From assembly GCA_963514005.1 (NCBI GenBank), contig OY740781.1, forward strand, positions 56,978,001 to 57,042,000: DNA of 64,000 bases. The letters run 5' to 3'. Origin of the DNA: Raja brachyura. Its lineage: Eukaryota. The position numbers and the translations under genes were made by a program. Shown in pieces: positions 25,212-37,429 of this stretch; positions within the stretch are counted from its first letter, which is position 1, and the number at the start of each line of letters is the position of its first letter. The notes beneath the pieces are model-generated. The model was given only the letters and a program-made list of their open reading frames with translations, searched no databases and was not told the DNA's origin.

Positions 25212-26285
25212 TTTTCCCCAAGGTTGGGCAGGGTCACTATCATTTTGTTTTTCACATTAAAGCATCAGCATTGTTACCTAACTATGTTATGTATGAATGC
25301 ATTAATTTTTTCTCACTCATCCATGGTCAATCCATTCAGTGTGTGACGCCTGGACTCGAACTGGCGTGAATTCACAGAGCTTTGAAATCTTCACATAGTC
25401 ACTCACGTGACTCCGAAGTAAAATAGTCAGATTATATGAGAACTTACCAGTTTGAAGTTTGATCTGGATTTTATGAGGAGTTACGATGAGCGATTACGTG
25501 CCCACCGCTCCCAACCTCATATTCTCAGGTCATCTGGTAGTTCTAGTTCTCCAAATCTTACTATCTACAGGTCAACTTGTCTTATCTGTGATTCCACACC
25601 GCTGCTTTGAAGATTGACGCGCATGACGACTGATGGCCTTCTTCACATAATCGCTCATCGTAACTCCTCATAAAATTAAGATCCAACTTCAAACTGGTAA
25701 GTTCTCGTTTAATCTTACTATTAAATGCCATTCCTACTCCAGACTGTACTGAAGATGAACAAATTCCTTTTCTCCTGACTGACATGTTGAGTTACTCCAG
25801 CATATTGTGTCTATCGAACAAATTCAAGTTTGGGCTGCATCTTAAAAGTTTTACAGTCATATATGAAATAACATCACCTTGGAAGACAATAAGGTTAGGA
25901 ATAGGATCACCCACTTAATGGATCTACAGCCCAGTTTGAACCCCTTCAGGACAAACATGGAAATAAACACAGGTTAAAATCACATAATGCATTAAACAGA
26001 GGAAAGGCTTGCTAAGATACTACAATACCGCAGACGCCACAAGGGGACTAAAGTTAACACAGTCTTCAACAGTTCTTCAATAATTAATTCAATTAAACCT
26101 AATCTAATCAACCCAACCAAATCCAGCACTAATCTGACAGTTGATATGTTCTGTGGTTCAGGCTTCATTTTATTAATAACTAAGTCATTACTGACCTCAT
26201 TATAATTTGCAGATAATGATGCCATTAATCACAGTAATCCCTTCATAAGTGCCTTATAATTGAAATACTTTTAAAGAATACTTAC

Positions 26286-26389
26286 TGAGCCATAGATCTT
26301 TCCTTTCATGTTCATGGCCAAATAATAATTGCTGTTAATTGCTTTAATAGCAACAACCCCGACTTCCACAGATGCAATTTTCAGTATAC
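26286..26389 (-). CDS. FGF10: Fibroblast growth factor 10, exon 2 (104 bp)
   Basis: Acceptor ttgttctag|GT, donor TCA|gtaagt; (S)[34 protein letters not shown] vs human [35 protein letters not shown]. 104 bp is the canonical FGF middle exon. Not in the ORF track. Confidence 0.96.
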
Positions 26390-26901
26390 CTAGAACAAGA
26401 CAAAAATAGCTTGTTACCATTATGACTGCAGTGGAGGTATTTCAGAGTACGTAGCTCATTAATTGCTTATTCAAAATACAGAAAATATCTAAAAAAGATT
26501 GTAAAATTATCATGATGCTCATGACACATATGTGCTCCACAGAAATGGCAATTCTCGATGATATAGAAATGAAGTTTCATTGGCATTGTCTGGTTCAAAG
26601 TTGTAATGTCCTTAGAATGCACTAGAGCACATAAGATAAATGTCCAAAAAGGGACATGTCCAAAAAAAAATGTCCACAATGTCCATCACTTTAAGTATTT
26701 ACTTGTTCAGATTTTTAGCTAAGCTGAAAAATAAATGTATATAAATGTCTCTGAAACTGTTATATTGTTTAATATGCAGGCACTCACATTGCACATGAGA
26801 AAATAGTTTGTTGCCCGGATAAAATGCATTTTGCTTCCTTTTTTAAACCCTTAAAATTGTAAAACAATAAAAAATAGTGTATTTCATGAAGATAAATGGC
26901 G

Positions 26902-28310
26902 CATAGAAACATAGAAAATCGGCGCAGGAGTAGGCCATTCTTTCAATATGATCATGGCTGATCATCCAAAATCAGTACCCCGTTCTGGCTTTTCCCCCAT
27001 ATTCCTTGATTCCCTGAGCCCTTAGGGCTAAATTTAACTCTCTTGAAAACATCCAGTGAATTGGCCTCCTGGGGCAGATAATTCCACAGATTCACAACTG
27101 TTTGGGTGTAAAAGATTTTCCTCATCTCAGTCCTAAATGGTCTACCCCTTATTCTTAAACTGTGACCCCTGTTTCTGAACTCCACCAACATCGGGAACAT
27201 TTTTCCTGCATCTAGACTGTCCAATCCTCTAAGAATATTTATATGTTTCTATGTGGTCCCCTCTAATCCTAAATTCCAGTGAATACAAGCCCAGTTGACC
27301 CATTCTTTCATCTTATGTCAGTCCTCCCATCCTGAGAATTAACCTGGTGAACTTCCCTCATTCCCTGCTGCATTCCCTCAATAACTATAATGTCTTTCCT
27401 CATATTAGGTGACAAAAATTGCACACATTACTCCAGGTGGTGTCCCATCAGGGCCCTGTACAACTGCAGTAGGACGTGCTTGCTCCTAAACTAAAATCCT
27501 CTCGCAATGAAGACCAACATCCCATTAGCTTTCTTCACTGCCTGCTGTACTTGTATGCTTACTTTCAGTGACTGATGCACAAGCACACCAAGTTCGCGTT
27601 GCACCTCCCCTTCTCCTAATCTGACGCCATTCAGATAATAATCTGCCTTCCTGTTCTTGCCACCAAAGTGGATAACCTCATATTTATCGACATTATACTG
27701 CATCTGCCATGCTTCTGCCCACTCACCCAACATATTGTAAACAATTGCGGTCCCAGTACAGAGCCTTGCGGCATGCCACTAGTCACTGACTGCCATTCTG
27801 AAAAGGACCCATAATTCCTACTCTTTGCTTCCTGTCTGCCAACCAGTTCTTTATCCTAACCACAATACGCTGTGTTCTAATGTTGCACACTCATCTCTTG
27901 TGTGGGACCTTGTCAAAGGCCTTTTTAAAGTCCAGATACACCACATCTACTGGCTCTCCCTTATCCATTCTAGTTGTTATATCCTCAAAATATTCCAAAA
28001 GATAAGAAGCATGATTTCCCTTCATAAATTTATGCTGATTTTAACCAATCCCGTCACTGCAAGGCTTGTTAAGATCATACAATACCCCAAATGCCACAAG
28101 GGTGCTTCTACTGTTACTATTTACAGTAGTCATACAGTCATAGAGTCATAAAGTGATACAGTGTGGAAACAGACCCTTTGGCCCAACTCACCCACACAGG
28201 TCAACAATGTCCCAGCTACCCTAGTCCCACTTGCCTGCACTTGGTCCATAACCCTCCAAACCCTATCCATGTACCTGTCCAACTGTTTCTTAAACAATGG
28301 GATAGTCTAC
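26902..28310 (-). mobile_element. CR1 fragments (26902-~28060; separate 3' end 28130-28310)
   Basis: (catagaaa)2 tail at 26902; LGEWAEAWQMQYNVDKYEVIHFGGKN on minus. Confidence 0.85.
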
Positions 28311-29019
28311 TAACAGATTTTCAGAATCTTCCTGACATCTTCCTTACATATTGTGTTGTTGAATCAATTCTGGAATTCTTTGATTCTAGGTTTGAACTCA
28401 ATTGGTCTTTTGTAGAACACAAAATGGAATGAGTTTTATGAAGATGTGACCAGAATGATTAATGAAGGCAGAGCTGTAGATGTTATGTACAGTATATGGA
28501 TTTCAGCAAGGGATTTAATAAGGCTCTGCATGGTAGGCTACTCTGGAAGGTTATATTGCATGGGATCCAGGGAGAGCTAGCTAACTGGCTTCTTGGCTTC
28601 ATAGAAGGAAGCTTTGATGGTGGAAGACAGACACAAAAAGATGGAGTAACAGCCGGTCAGACAGCATCTCTGGAGAAAAGGAGAAAGGGTCACGTTTCGG
28701 ATCAAGACACTTCTTCAGATCGTGGAAGGTGTGCCTCAGGGTTCGACAAAATTGTTGTTTGTCATCCACATCAATGGTTTGGATGAGAACATACAAGGGT
28801 TGATTAGTAAGTTAGTGGGCGGTATTGGAAATAGCACAAATAGTTATCAAAAATTGTAGTAGGATCTCAATCGGTTGAGCAGGTGGGCTGAAAAATGGAT
28901 AATGGAGTTTAATACGGAGAAGTGCAAGGTGTTGCATTTTGGGAAGTCAAACCAGTGCAGGACCTGCTAAGGGATCTAAGAGTGCAGGTACATTGTTCCT
29001 TGAAAGTAGCATCACAAGT

Positions 29020-30880
29020 AAATCCAAAGGGTTTCTAGAGCTATAGTAAATCCAAACGGTTTCTACAGCTATTTTAATAGCAAAAGGATAACGAGGGATA
29101 AAATTGGACCATTAGAGAACCAGAATGGACAGCTATCTGCAGAGCCAAAAGAGATGGGGGAGATATAGAACAATTTATTTTCTTCGGTATTCACCAAGGA
29201 GAAGGATATTGAACTCTGTGAGGTAAGGGAAAAAAGTAGAGTAGCTATGGAAACTATGAGATTCAAAGAGGAGGAAGTACTGACACTTTTGAAAAAATAT
29301 AAAAGTGGATAAGTCTCCGGGTCCTGACAGGATATTCTCTAAGACATTGAGGGAAGTTAATGTAGAAATAGCAGGGGCAATGACAGAAATATTTCAAATG
29401 TTATTAGAAACGGGAATAGTGCCGGAGGATTGGCGTACTGCGCATGTTGTTCTATTGTTTAAAAAGGATTCAAAGAATAAACCTAGCAATTATAGACCTG
29501 TTAGTTTGATGTCAGTGGTGGGCAAATTAATGGAAAGGATACTTAGAGATAATATATATAAACATCTGGATAAACAGGGTCTGATCAAGAACAGTCAACA
29601 TGGATTTGTGCCTGGAAGGTCATGTTTGACAAACCTTCTTGAATTTTTTGAAGAGGTTACTAGGGAAATTGATGAGTGTAAAGCAGTGGATGTTGTCTAT
29701 ATGGATTTCAGCAAAGCCTTTGACAAGGTTCCCCATGGAAGGTTGGTTAAGAAGGTTCAATCTTTGGGTGTTAATGGCGGAGTAGCAAGATGGATTCAAC
29801 AGTGGCTGAATGGGAGATGCCAGAGAGTAATGGTGGATGGCTGTTTGTCAGGGTGGAAGCCGGTGACCAGTGGGGTGCCACAGGGATCTGTGTTGGGTCC
29901 ACTGTTGTTTGTCATGTACATCAATGATCTAGATGATGGGGTGGAAAATTGGATAAGTAAGTATTCAGATGATACTAAGATAGGGGGTGCTGTGGATAAT
30001 GAAGTAGATTTTCAAAGTCTACAGAGAGATTTGGGCCATTTGGAAGAGTGGGCTGAAAGATGGCAGATGGAGTTTAATGCTGATAAGTGTGAGGTGCTAC
30101 ATCTTGGCAGGACACATCAAAATAGGACGTACATGGTAAATGGTAGGGAATTGAGGAATGCTGTGGAACAGAGGGATCTAGGAATAACTGTGCATAGTTC
30201 CCTGAAGGTGGAATTGCATGTAGATAGGGTGGTAAAGAAAGCTTTTGGTGTGCTGACCTTTGTAAATCAGAGCATTGAATATAGGAGTAGGGACATAATG
30301 TTAAAATTGTACAAGGCATTGGTGAGACCAATTCTGGAGTATGGTGTACAATTTTGGTCGCCTAATTATAGGAAGGATGTCAACAAAATAAAGAGAGTAC
30401 AGAGGAGATTTACTAGAATGTTGCTTGGGTTCCAGCCACTAAGTTACAGAGAAAGGTTGAACAAGTTAGGTCTTTCTTCTTTGGAGTGCAGAAGGTTAAG
30501 GGGGGGACTTGATTGAGGTCTTTAAAATGATGAAAGGGATAGACAGAGTTGACGTGGATAAGCTTTTCCCATTGAGGGTAGGGAAGATTCAAACAAGAGG
30601 GCATGACTTGAGAATTAAGGAACAGAAGTTTAGGGGTAACATGAGGGGGAACTTCTTTACTCGGAGAGTGGTGGCTGTGTGGAATGATCTTCCAGCAGAA
30701 GTGGTGGAGGCAGGATCAATTGTAACATTTAAAAGTTAAGTGGATAGGTATATGGACGGGAAGGAAATGGAGGGGTGTGGTCTGAGTGCAGGTAGATGGG
30801 ACTAGGGGAAAATAAATGGTCGGCACAGACTGGAAGAGCCGAGAAGGCCTGTTTCCGTGCTGTAATTGTTATATGGTTAT
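29020..30880 (+). mobile_element. Younger CR1 LINE with largely open RT region
   Basis: ORF 29305-30516 (403 aa): KSPGPD, NYRPVSL, QHGF, DFSKAFDKV, GVPQGSVLGP, YSDD; 3' end gcctgtttccgtgctgtaattgttatatgg. Confidence 0.95.
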
Positions 30881-31313
30881 AAATAGATAGGATGGTCAGG
30901 AATGCTTCATCAGACAGAGTATTGTATAGTAGTTGGATGGTCATGTTACAGTTGTAGAAGACATTGGTGATGCTACATTTAGAGTATTGTGTTCAGTTTT
31001 GGTCACCCTGTTATAGGAAATATGTTGTTAAGCTGAAAGGGTCCAGAACAGATTTATGAGGATATTACAGGTGTTGAAGGTTTGAGTTATAGGGAGAGGT
31101 TAGCCAGAAAAGGACTTTGAAATGCAGGAGGATGAAGGGTGATTTATAGAAGTGCATAAAATCATGGAAGGAATAGATAGGGTGAATGCACAGTCTTTTA
31201 CCCAGAGTAGTGGAATCGAAAAGGGCATACGTTTAAGGTCAGGGGGGAAAGATTTCGTAGGAACCTGAGGGGCAATTTGTTTTTACACAAAACATGGTAG
31301 GTATATGGAAAGA

Positions 31314-33776
31314 CTTTAAAGACCTCCATTTCTTCCTCGACTGCAGAACCATCCAATTTCCCTCTACTAACACTAAACTCCGTCTAGCCGAGCTGGTCCT
31401 CACCCTCATCAATTTTTCCTTGGTCTCCTTCCACTTCCTCCATCTAAAGCTTCAAAGGTTCAAAGGTTATTTATTTGTCACCTGCATCAATTGGTGTAGT
31501 GAAATGCGGATTGCCATTGCAGGACATTAAAAAGAATACAACATAACAATAATAAAGACATTTAAACATAAAAACATCCTCCCACAATGATTCCCCATTA
31601 TGAGGGAAGGCACAGTCCCCATCCCCATGTCAACCCATAGTCAGGCCTATTGAGGCCTCCGCAGTCGCCTTTAAGGAGGCCCGATGTTCCAGGCTCTTCT
31701 CGCCGGATAATGGTGCTCCGGTGTCGGGAGAATCCTCTCAGCTGCTTGGGATACCTGGAATGGCCGCTTCCTTACTTGAGACCGCGGCTTCCGAAGCTGA
31801 CAGGCCGCGCTGGATGGAGCTCCACCACTGGCGATCTCAGCGAGAGATCCCAGGCTCCCGATGTAAAGTTCAGTGGCGCCGCTCCACAGACCCGCAGCTC
31901 CTCAATGTTTTTATCGGCGGTTCCAGCATACCGGATTCCAGCACGGCAAACCGGGCGAGGCATCGCCTGCTCCGCAATAGTGCTCCAGCACTGAGCCACT
32001 GCCGAAGCCGAGGTTCTGCTCAGTCCTCTCAGGAAAAAACTCTCCAGACCCCGATGGTAGGCCTCGAGAATGGGTCGAAGGTGCTGCTCGGAGGAAAGCT
32101 GCCTCTCTGACCAGGTAGGGACCCTGACAAGCAGTTTCCCCCTTCCCACCCACCCCCCACATAAAAAAGACTAAACCCCCAAAAACAAAACACTTTAACT
32201 CACTAAAAATAAAAAAAAGAGGTGAAAAAACAGACAGCTGCAGGCTGGGCAGCCATATCCAAATGGGACGGCGCCCCCTACCCGTAGCTATGGGCACCCT
32301 CTATGGGTGGCTATGGGCGCACACATGGGCCCCAGCTATGCCAGCCTCTTTGTAGTGTATGTTGAACAATCACTGTTCCAGGCATACACTGGCCCTATCC
32401 CTGAACATTACATTGATGACTGCATCCGTGCTACCTCCTGCACCAAGCAGAACTCGTGGACTTCACTTATTTTCATCCTGCATTCAAATTTACGGACCAT
32501 CTCCGACAGCCCCTCCCCCCCCTTTCTTGATCTCACAGTCTCCATCACAAGAAATAAGTCATTGACTGACATCTATTACAAACCCACTGACTCCCACAAC
32601 TATCTCGACTACACTTCCCACCCTGCTTCCTGCAAAGACTACTCTCAATTCCACCGTCTATGCCTCATCTGCGCCCAAGATGAGGTGTTCCATACTAGAA
32701 CATACAAGATGTGTTCATTCTTTAGGGAACGGGGGTTCCTTTTTCTTTCTCTTTCCCATCATATATGAGGCCCTCACTCGTGTCTCCTCGGTACCCCACA
32801 GCTCCGCATTTGCTCCTCCTCCTCCTAATTGCAACAGAGACAGAGTCCCCCTGTCCTTACCTTCCACCCTATCAGCCGTTGTATACAACACATAATTCTC
32901 CAAAATTTCCGCCACCTTCAACGGGATCCCACCACTAGCCACATTTTGCCATCTCCACCCCTTTCCGCCTTCTACAGAGACTGTTCCCTCCGCAACTCCC
33001 TGGGTAATTCATCCCTTCGTACCCAAACCATCCCCTGCCCAGGTACCTTCCCCTACAACTGCAGAAGATGTAACATCTGTCACAATACCTCCTCCCTCGA
33101 CCCTGTCCAGGTTAACCTGCAGTCCTTTCAGGTTAGGCAGAGGTTCACTTGCACCTCCTCCAACCTCATCTACTGTATCCGTTGCTCAAGATGTGGACGC
33201 TTATACATCAGCGAGTCCAAACATAGGTTGGGCGATCGTTTTGCGGAACACTTTCACTCAGCCCGCGTGAACCAACTTGATCCTGGTTGGTGAACACTTT
33301 AATTCTCCTTCGCATTCCTACACAGACCTTTTTGTCCTAGGTCTCCTGCATTGTCAGAGTTTGGCTAAATGTAAATTGGAGGAACAGCATCTCATATTTT
33401 GCTTGGGCAGCTTACAGCCCAGTGGTATGAATTTTGATTTCTCTCACTTCAGGTAGCCCCAGCATTTCCTCGCTCTGTATCCCTCCCCCACCCAATTCGC
33501 ACTAACTTCTTGTTTTCATCCTACAAACAGCTTACAATGGCCTGTTTCCTTTATAAACGTTACTTTTTTGGATATCTTTAATTCCTTGTTCTTTATCTCC
33601 ACTCACCATCTATATCTCTCATTTTCCTTATCCTTAACCAGTCTGAAGAAGGGTCTTGACCTGAAACATCACCTATTCCTTCTCTCTAGTGATGCTGCCT
33701 GTCCCACTGAGTTATTCCAGCATTTTGTGTCTATCTTCGATTTAAACCAGCATGTGCAGTTCCTTCTTACACATGC
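31314..33776 (+). mobile_element. Penelope-like element (Neptune-type), 5'-truncated, decayed
   Basis: RT: LAELVLT.., VAMGAHMGPSYASLFV, YIDD, FLDL, IYYKPTDSHNYL; Cys linker CRRCNIC; GIY-YIG NLIYCIRCSRCGRLYISES..RLGDRFAEH; flanked by ggaaaga 31307-31313 / 33777-33783. Confidence 0.9.
31450..32300 (-). mobile_element. Non-autonomous GC-rich retroposon inserted in the Penelope RT
   Basis: (ttcaaagg)2 tail plus tttattt; same architecture as 57678-58399; Penelope reading resumes at VAMG after it. Confidence 0.7.
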
Positions 33777-33879
33777 GGAAAGAGCTGCTGGAAGAGGTAG
33801 TTGAGTTGGGTAATATCACATTTTCTAAAGCAATATTTAGATAGGTACATGGATAGGATAGGTTTAGAATATAGGGGCA

Positions 33880-35300
33880 GGACAAAGCCTGGCAAGTGAT
33901 GGAAGGATATAGGTGAAGGTGTTAACATAGAAACATAGAAAATAGGTGCAGGAGTAGGCCATTCGGCCCTTCGAGCCTGCACCGCCATTCAATGTGATCA
34001 TGGCTGATCATCCAACTCAGTATCCCAACGTTTGATTGGCAGGTGGCAAGTAACAAAGGTTAGAGATGATAAAGGTGTTAGATAAAGAGTGAAGCAGAGT
34101 GAAATGTCAAGCTAGAAGAGGGTTATAGGTGGAAGGGAACGGGATTAACATGGAAGGATAGTTGGAGAAATGGGTGAGCACTAGGGTGGGGAGTGGAGGG
34201 TGGTTTGGATGGCAGGAAGGACAGAGGGGGAAGAGGTGGCTTTTTTTGGAACTAGACTAAGTGGAACCCATTGGGTCCCAGTCACATGGGAGGGCTGGTC
34301 CCCCAACGCAACCCATTCCCCAATGCAATATTCCACCATTCATTCATAGCCCCTAAATGCGCAGGTGCAGCTCATTTTCCCTGGGGGTGGGGTGGGGTGT
34401 GTGTGTGTGTGGGTGGGGGGGGGGGGGGGTTAGTGGGCAGGGGGGGCATATGGGGGGAGGGGTGTGTGGGCAGGGGGGGGTTGTGTGTGGAGAGACGGGT
34501 GTGTGGGGGGGCTGGTCGCTGGTCGTTCTCCTCCGCTGGGATCAGATTTTCAGCTTTTGGCGACATTGGCGGCATCTCCAACTCCAGGCTGGGCTGGGTC
34601 TCCAACTCTGGGCTGCTCAACGCTGGGCAGCTCGGTGCTGGGTTGCTCGGGTCTGGCCTGCTCGGGGCAGGGCTGCTTCGGGTCTCTCCGAATGTCCGGT
34701 TGGAAACTGCCGCCAGCCATCCTCAGTTCCTTAAATGCGTGATGGCGCAGGAAGGGGCGGATCGTCCCAGGGAGTGACAGGGGAAGAGACTAATGCGCGC
34801 GGCGCTGATTGGCAGGAGAAGTGACGGATCTGCGCACACGCGCAGTTTTTTAGATTTTTAAACCTCACTAACTTTTAGGACATTCAACCGATCAGAACAA
34901 AACTTGGTGCATTCGCATCATAGGAGAAAGGTGAGTGAACTGGTGAAAAATCATAGCGATAGCGCGAACGTTTTTTGCGCAAATAGAATGACCGTTAAAT
35001 TGTAAGATAACAAGATCAGAGTTTTAGTTATGTATAGATAAATTGTAGATTTCAATGTTCATTCTGTTATTTTGTGTGCTATCCAAGCGGAAAATTAGGT
35101 GCTGCTTTTCCAGTTCGCTCTTGGCCTCACTCTTGTAATGGAGCAGGCACAGGCTAGAAAGGTTCATATGGAAATAGTAACGGAAGATAATATGATTAGT
35201 ATCTTTCATTTAATTGTTCTATATTTTCCTATATCACCGTCTATATTTCTTGTTTCCCTTTCCCCTGATTATCAGTCTGAAGGGTCTCGAAAATAGCATT
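33880..35300 (-). mobile_element. Old antisense Penelope 3' region interrupted by a CR1 3' end (33925-34027) and a Helitron
   Basis: Minus ORF 35024-35209 AKSELEKQHLIFRL..MNIE resembles the Penelope C-terminus at 33360-33450; purine-rich 34030-34250 mirrors its pyrimidine-rich UTR. Confidence 0.65.
34252..35038 (-). mobile_element. Non-autonomous Helitron
   Basis: Minus strand starts TC (35038-35037) and ends CTAG (34255-34252), with hairpin ggaaccc-att-gggtccc at 34263-34279; inserted between A and T, no TSD. Confidence 0.8.
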
Positions 35301-35314
35301 ACATATTACATTAC

Positions 35315-35595
35315 ATCATCATCATCATTGTCATCATCGTCATCATCATCGTTGAAAACATCAACGGGACAGTGGTCGCAACTTCTGCTGAAGTGTGGAT
35401 GGCCGTTGGCTCACTAGGAGCTCATCCGCCCTTTGAGAGGTCTTGTTTTTGGTCCTGATGGGGGTCCACAGCCCCTCCTCACCTGGCAAACCAGGTGGGG
35501 GAGACGGTTTAGTCGCCGACTATCCGACCATGGAGCAGGTAGCACGGGATTACATGGTACCCGTGGCGGGGTAACTTCCCCCGACCTGACCTTAC
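35315..35595 (-). mobile_element. Short RTE-like non-autonomous element with (GAT)n tail
   Basis: (cat)n at 35313-35350; ggcgactaaacc motif on minus; splits a Penelope-end element between gggtctcga and catcacctattcc. Confidence 0.5.
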
Positions 35596-36647
35596 ATACA
35601 TTACATATATTACATACATCACCTATTCCTTTTTTCCAGAGAAGCTGTCTGACCTACTGGATAACTCCAGCTTGTTGTGTCTATCTATGATTAGTAACCA
35701 GTTCATTTGTTAGACTTACTTGGATCTGTTATCTCAGTTCCTGAAGTTTGCAATAGCTTCAACTCAAAGACAGTTTAATGATCAAATGGTTCAAAATCCA
35801 AACTAGCAGAGGTCACTTGATTTGAATGAGGTTTTATATTTTTATCACCAATCTCGATAAATATCTCTTGGTTCTGCAAACCTCAACCATGGTTTACATC
35901 TTTCATGTGTAAGCGCACCTTGGTAAATGGGTTAAGAACTGAACATACGCCTTTCCCATAAAACTGTGTTCCTTTCAGATCAGCGTCGCAGAAACAATTT
36001 TGACTCAATGGCGTCGCTTCAACTCGAGAAGTTACATATGTTGAATGAAATTGAAGCATATTCCCAATGAACTCTTTGTCAAGAATTCTGAATGTGTGCA
36101 CTTGTGATAAGGTTCAGTGTTATTTTATACTTTAGCAAGAAATAGACAAAGTGAAATTTCATGCTGAGTTTTAGGTATCCCTGCAATGCCTGCACCTTGG
36201 CAGCTTCGGAGGTGATTTGACGAGACCCTCAACTCGTTCATTCGAAGTCACATAATATAACAAGGTATGCCCAATACCAATCCATTTCATAAAGTATCCC
36301 AACTGGGCAGATGTGGGAAATTGCCAGAAGCAAGCTCTTTCGTTGATATGCAGACATGGACTCCAACAACATGTTCAGCAGTGCTGCAAGAATCCATATT
36401 CAATCCACTTTGAGAGGCCATTGATTGACAAGAGGAAATTCGATTTTCCACACCATTTTCCACGTGCTTTCTGAAAAGGCTTAGTACATGATTTCAAAAT
36501 AATTTTTGATGATTTACTCCTCTCATTACATATTCTTTAATACTGCATTTATTGAATAATGCATATTGAATAATGCATTATTCAATATGAGGAAACCAAA
36601 CCAAACTTCTTGTGCTTGCTGTCATAATGACTATCCCTGAGTGTTCC

Positions 36648-36750
36648 GTTTTAGTTTAGCATTGAGATACAGCGCGCGTACAGGACCTTTGACTCATTGA
36701 GTCCGCACCGACTAGCAATCCCCGCACACTAACGTTATCCTACACACTAC
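36648..36750 (-). mobile_element. HE1-like SINE 3' fragment
   Basis: gtttttagtttag..gagatacagcg..cccgcacactaac. Confidence 0.7.
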
Positions 36751-37307
36751 TTGAGGCATGCTTGATGCACCTATTTGCATCCAAAAATGCTGCTGTGGTT
36801 GCTTAGATATTAAAGCTTAAAAGATAAAAGCTTTTGATCTGTTGCTTGGATAAAACAACAACTGATGGAACACATTTCCTGCTTCCCTCTTGATTTGTAC
36901 AAAATTGGTCTTGCTCTTTGTGGGCTTGTGAGAAGCAAGAAATTGTGGGTTTGTCATGCTCATTGTCCATTCTGCGATTTATTATGTCGACTACACCATA
37001 ATACTGCTTTGCACTTCAACTCATGATTAGTAGAGTTATCTTCCTTTCATCATATGCACTCTGTAGCTCTTTGCTCCACATCCACTTCTCATACTTCTTC
37101 AACAATTGATTTAATGATATGGATGCCATTACAAAATCTGGAAGGAATGACGTGAAACACTAAACCACCACAATGTCCAACCTTAGCTCTGTTATACATT
37201 TAAGCCTGTCTGTATCGGTGAAGCTTCTACTGTTTCCAATATCATCAATATTCATATTAAGGTACACCTTCTTAAAAAAATATTCATATACTTTACTTTG
37301 GACTCAA

Positions 37308-37429
37308 TGTTTAAGAAGGAACTGCAGATGGTGTTAAAATCGAAGGTAGATAAAAATGCTGGAGAAACTCTATGGAGCGAAGGAGATGCTGCCTCACATG
37401 CTGAGTTTCTCCAGCATTTTTATTTACCT
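37308..37429. mobile_element. Hairpin Penelope-derived element with central deletion
   Basis: Perfect 16-bp TSD tttactttggactcaa 37292-37307 / 37430-37445. Confidence 0.8.

Larger units (their letters stand above)
21425..25722 (+). mobile_element. DIRS1-type tyrosine-recombinase retrotransposon with complete termini (ITRs + ICR), coding regions decayed
   Basis: gag-RT/RH/MT-YR order. ICR 25388-25424 is complementary to the left end 21425-21461, and 25423-25500 to the right end 25644-25721; right ITR ~25611-25649 is inverse to 21452-21487; ATT at both ends. Confidence 0.95.
28430..33880 (+). mobile_element. Old CR1 broken into pieces (28430-29020, 30881-31313, 33777-33880) by nested insertions
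   Basis: MDFSKGFNKALHGRLL..; sequence resumes colinearly after each insert. Confidence 0.75.

Noticed and set aside
14644-26389. FGF22 or FGF7 instead of FGF10
   Set aside because: [18 protein letters not shown] and [18 protein letters not shown] match FGF10 best, and the very long intron 1 fits; phylogeny would finalise it.
31650-32297. Overlapping 110-130 aa ORFs as a novel gene
   Set aside because: GC-rich repeat with ORFs in several frames on both strands and no recognisable domain.
34271-34777. Gly-rich ORFs
   Set aside because: Low-complexity G/GT tracts inside the Helitron.
35800-36480. Possible cryptic exon or pseudogene (acceptor-like ccttttcag on minus, raised CpG)
   Set aside because: All three minus frames hit stops and I recognised no protein motif; BLASTX needed.
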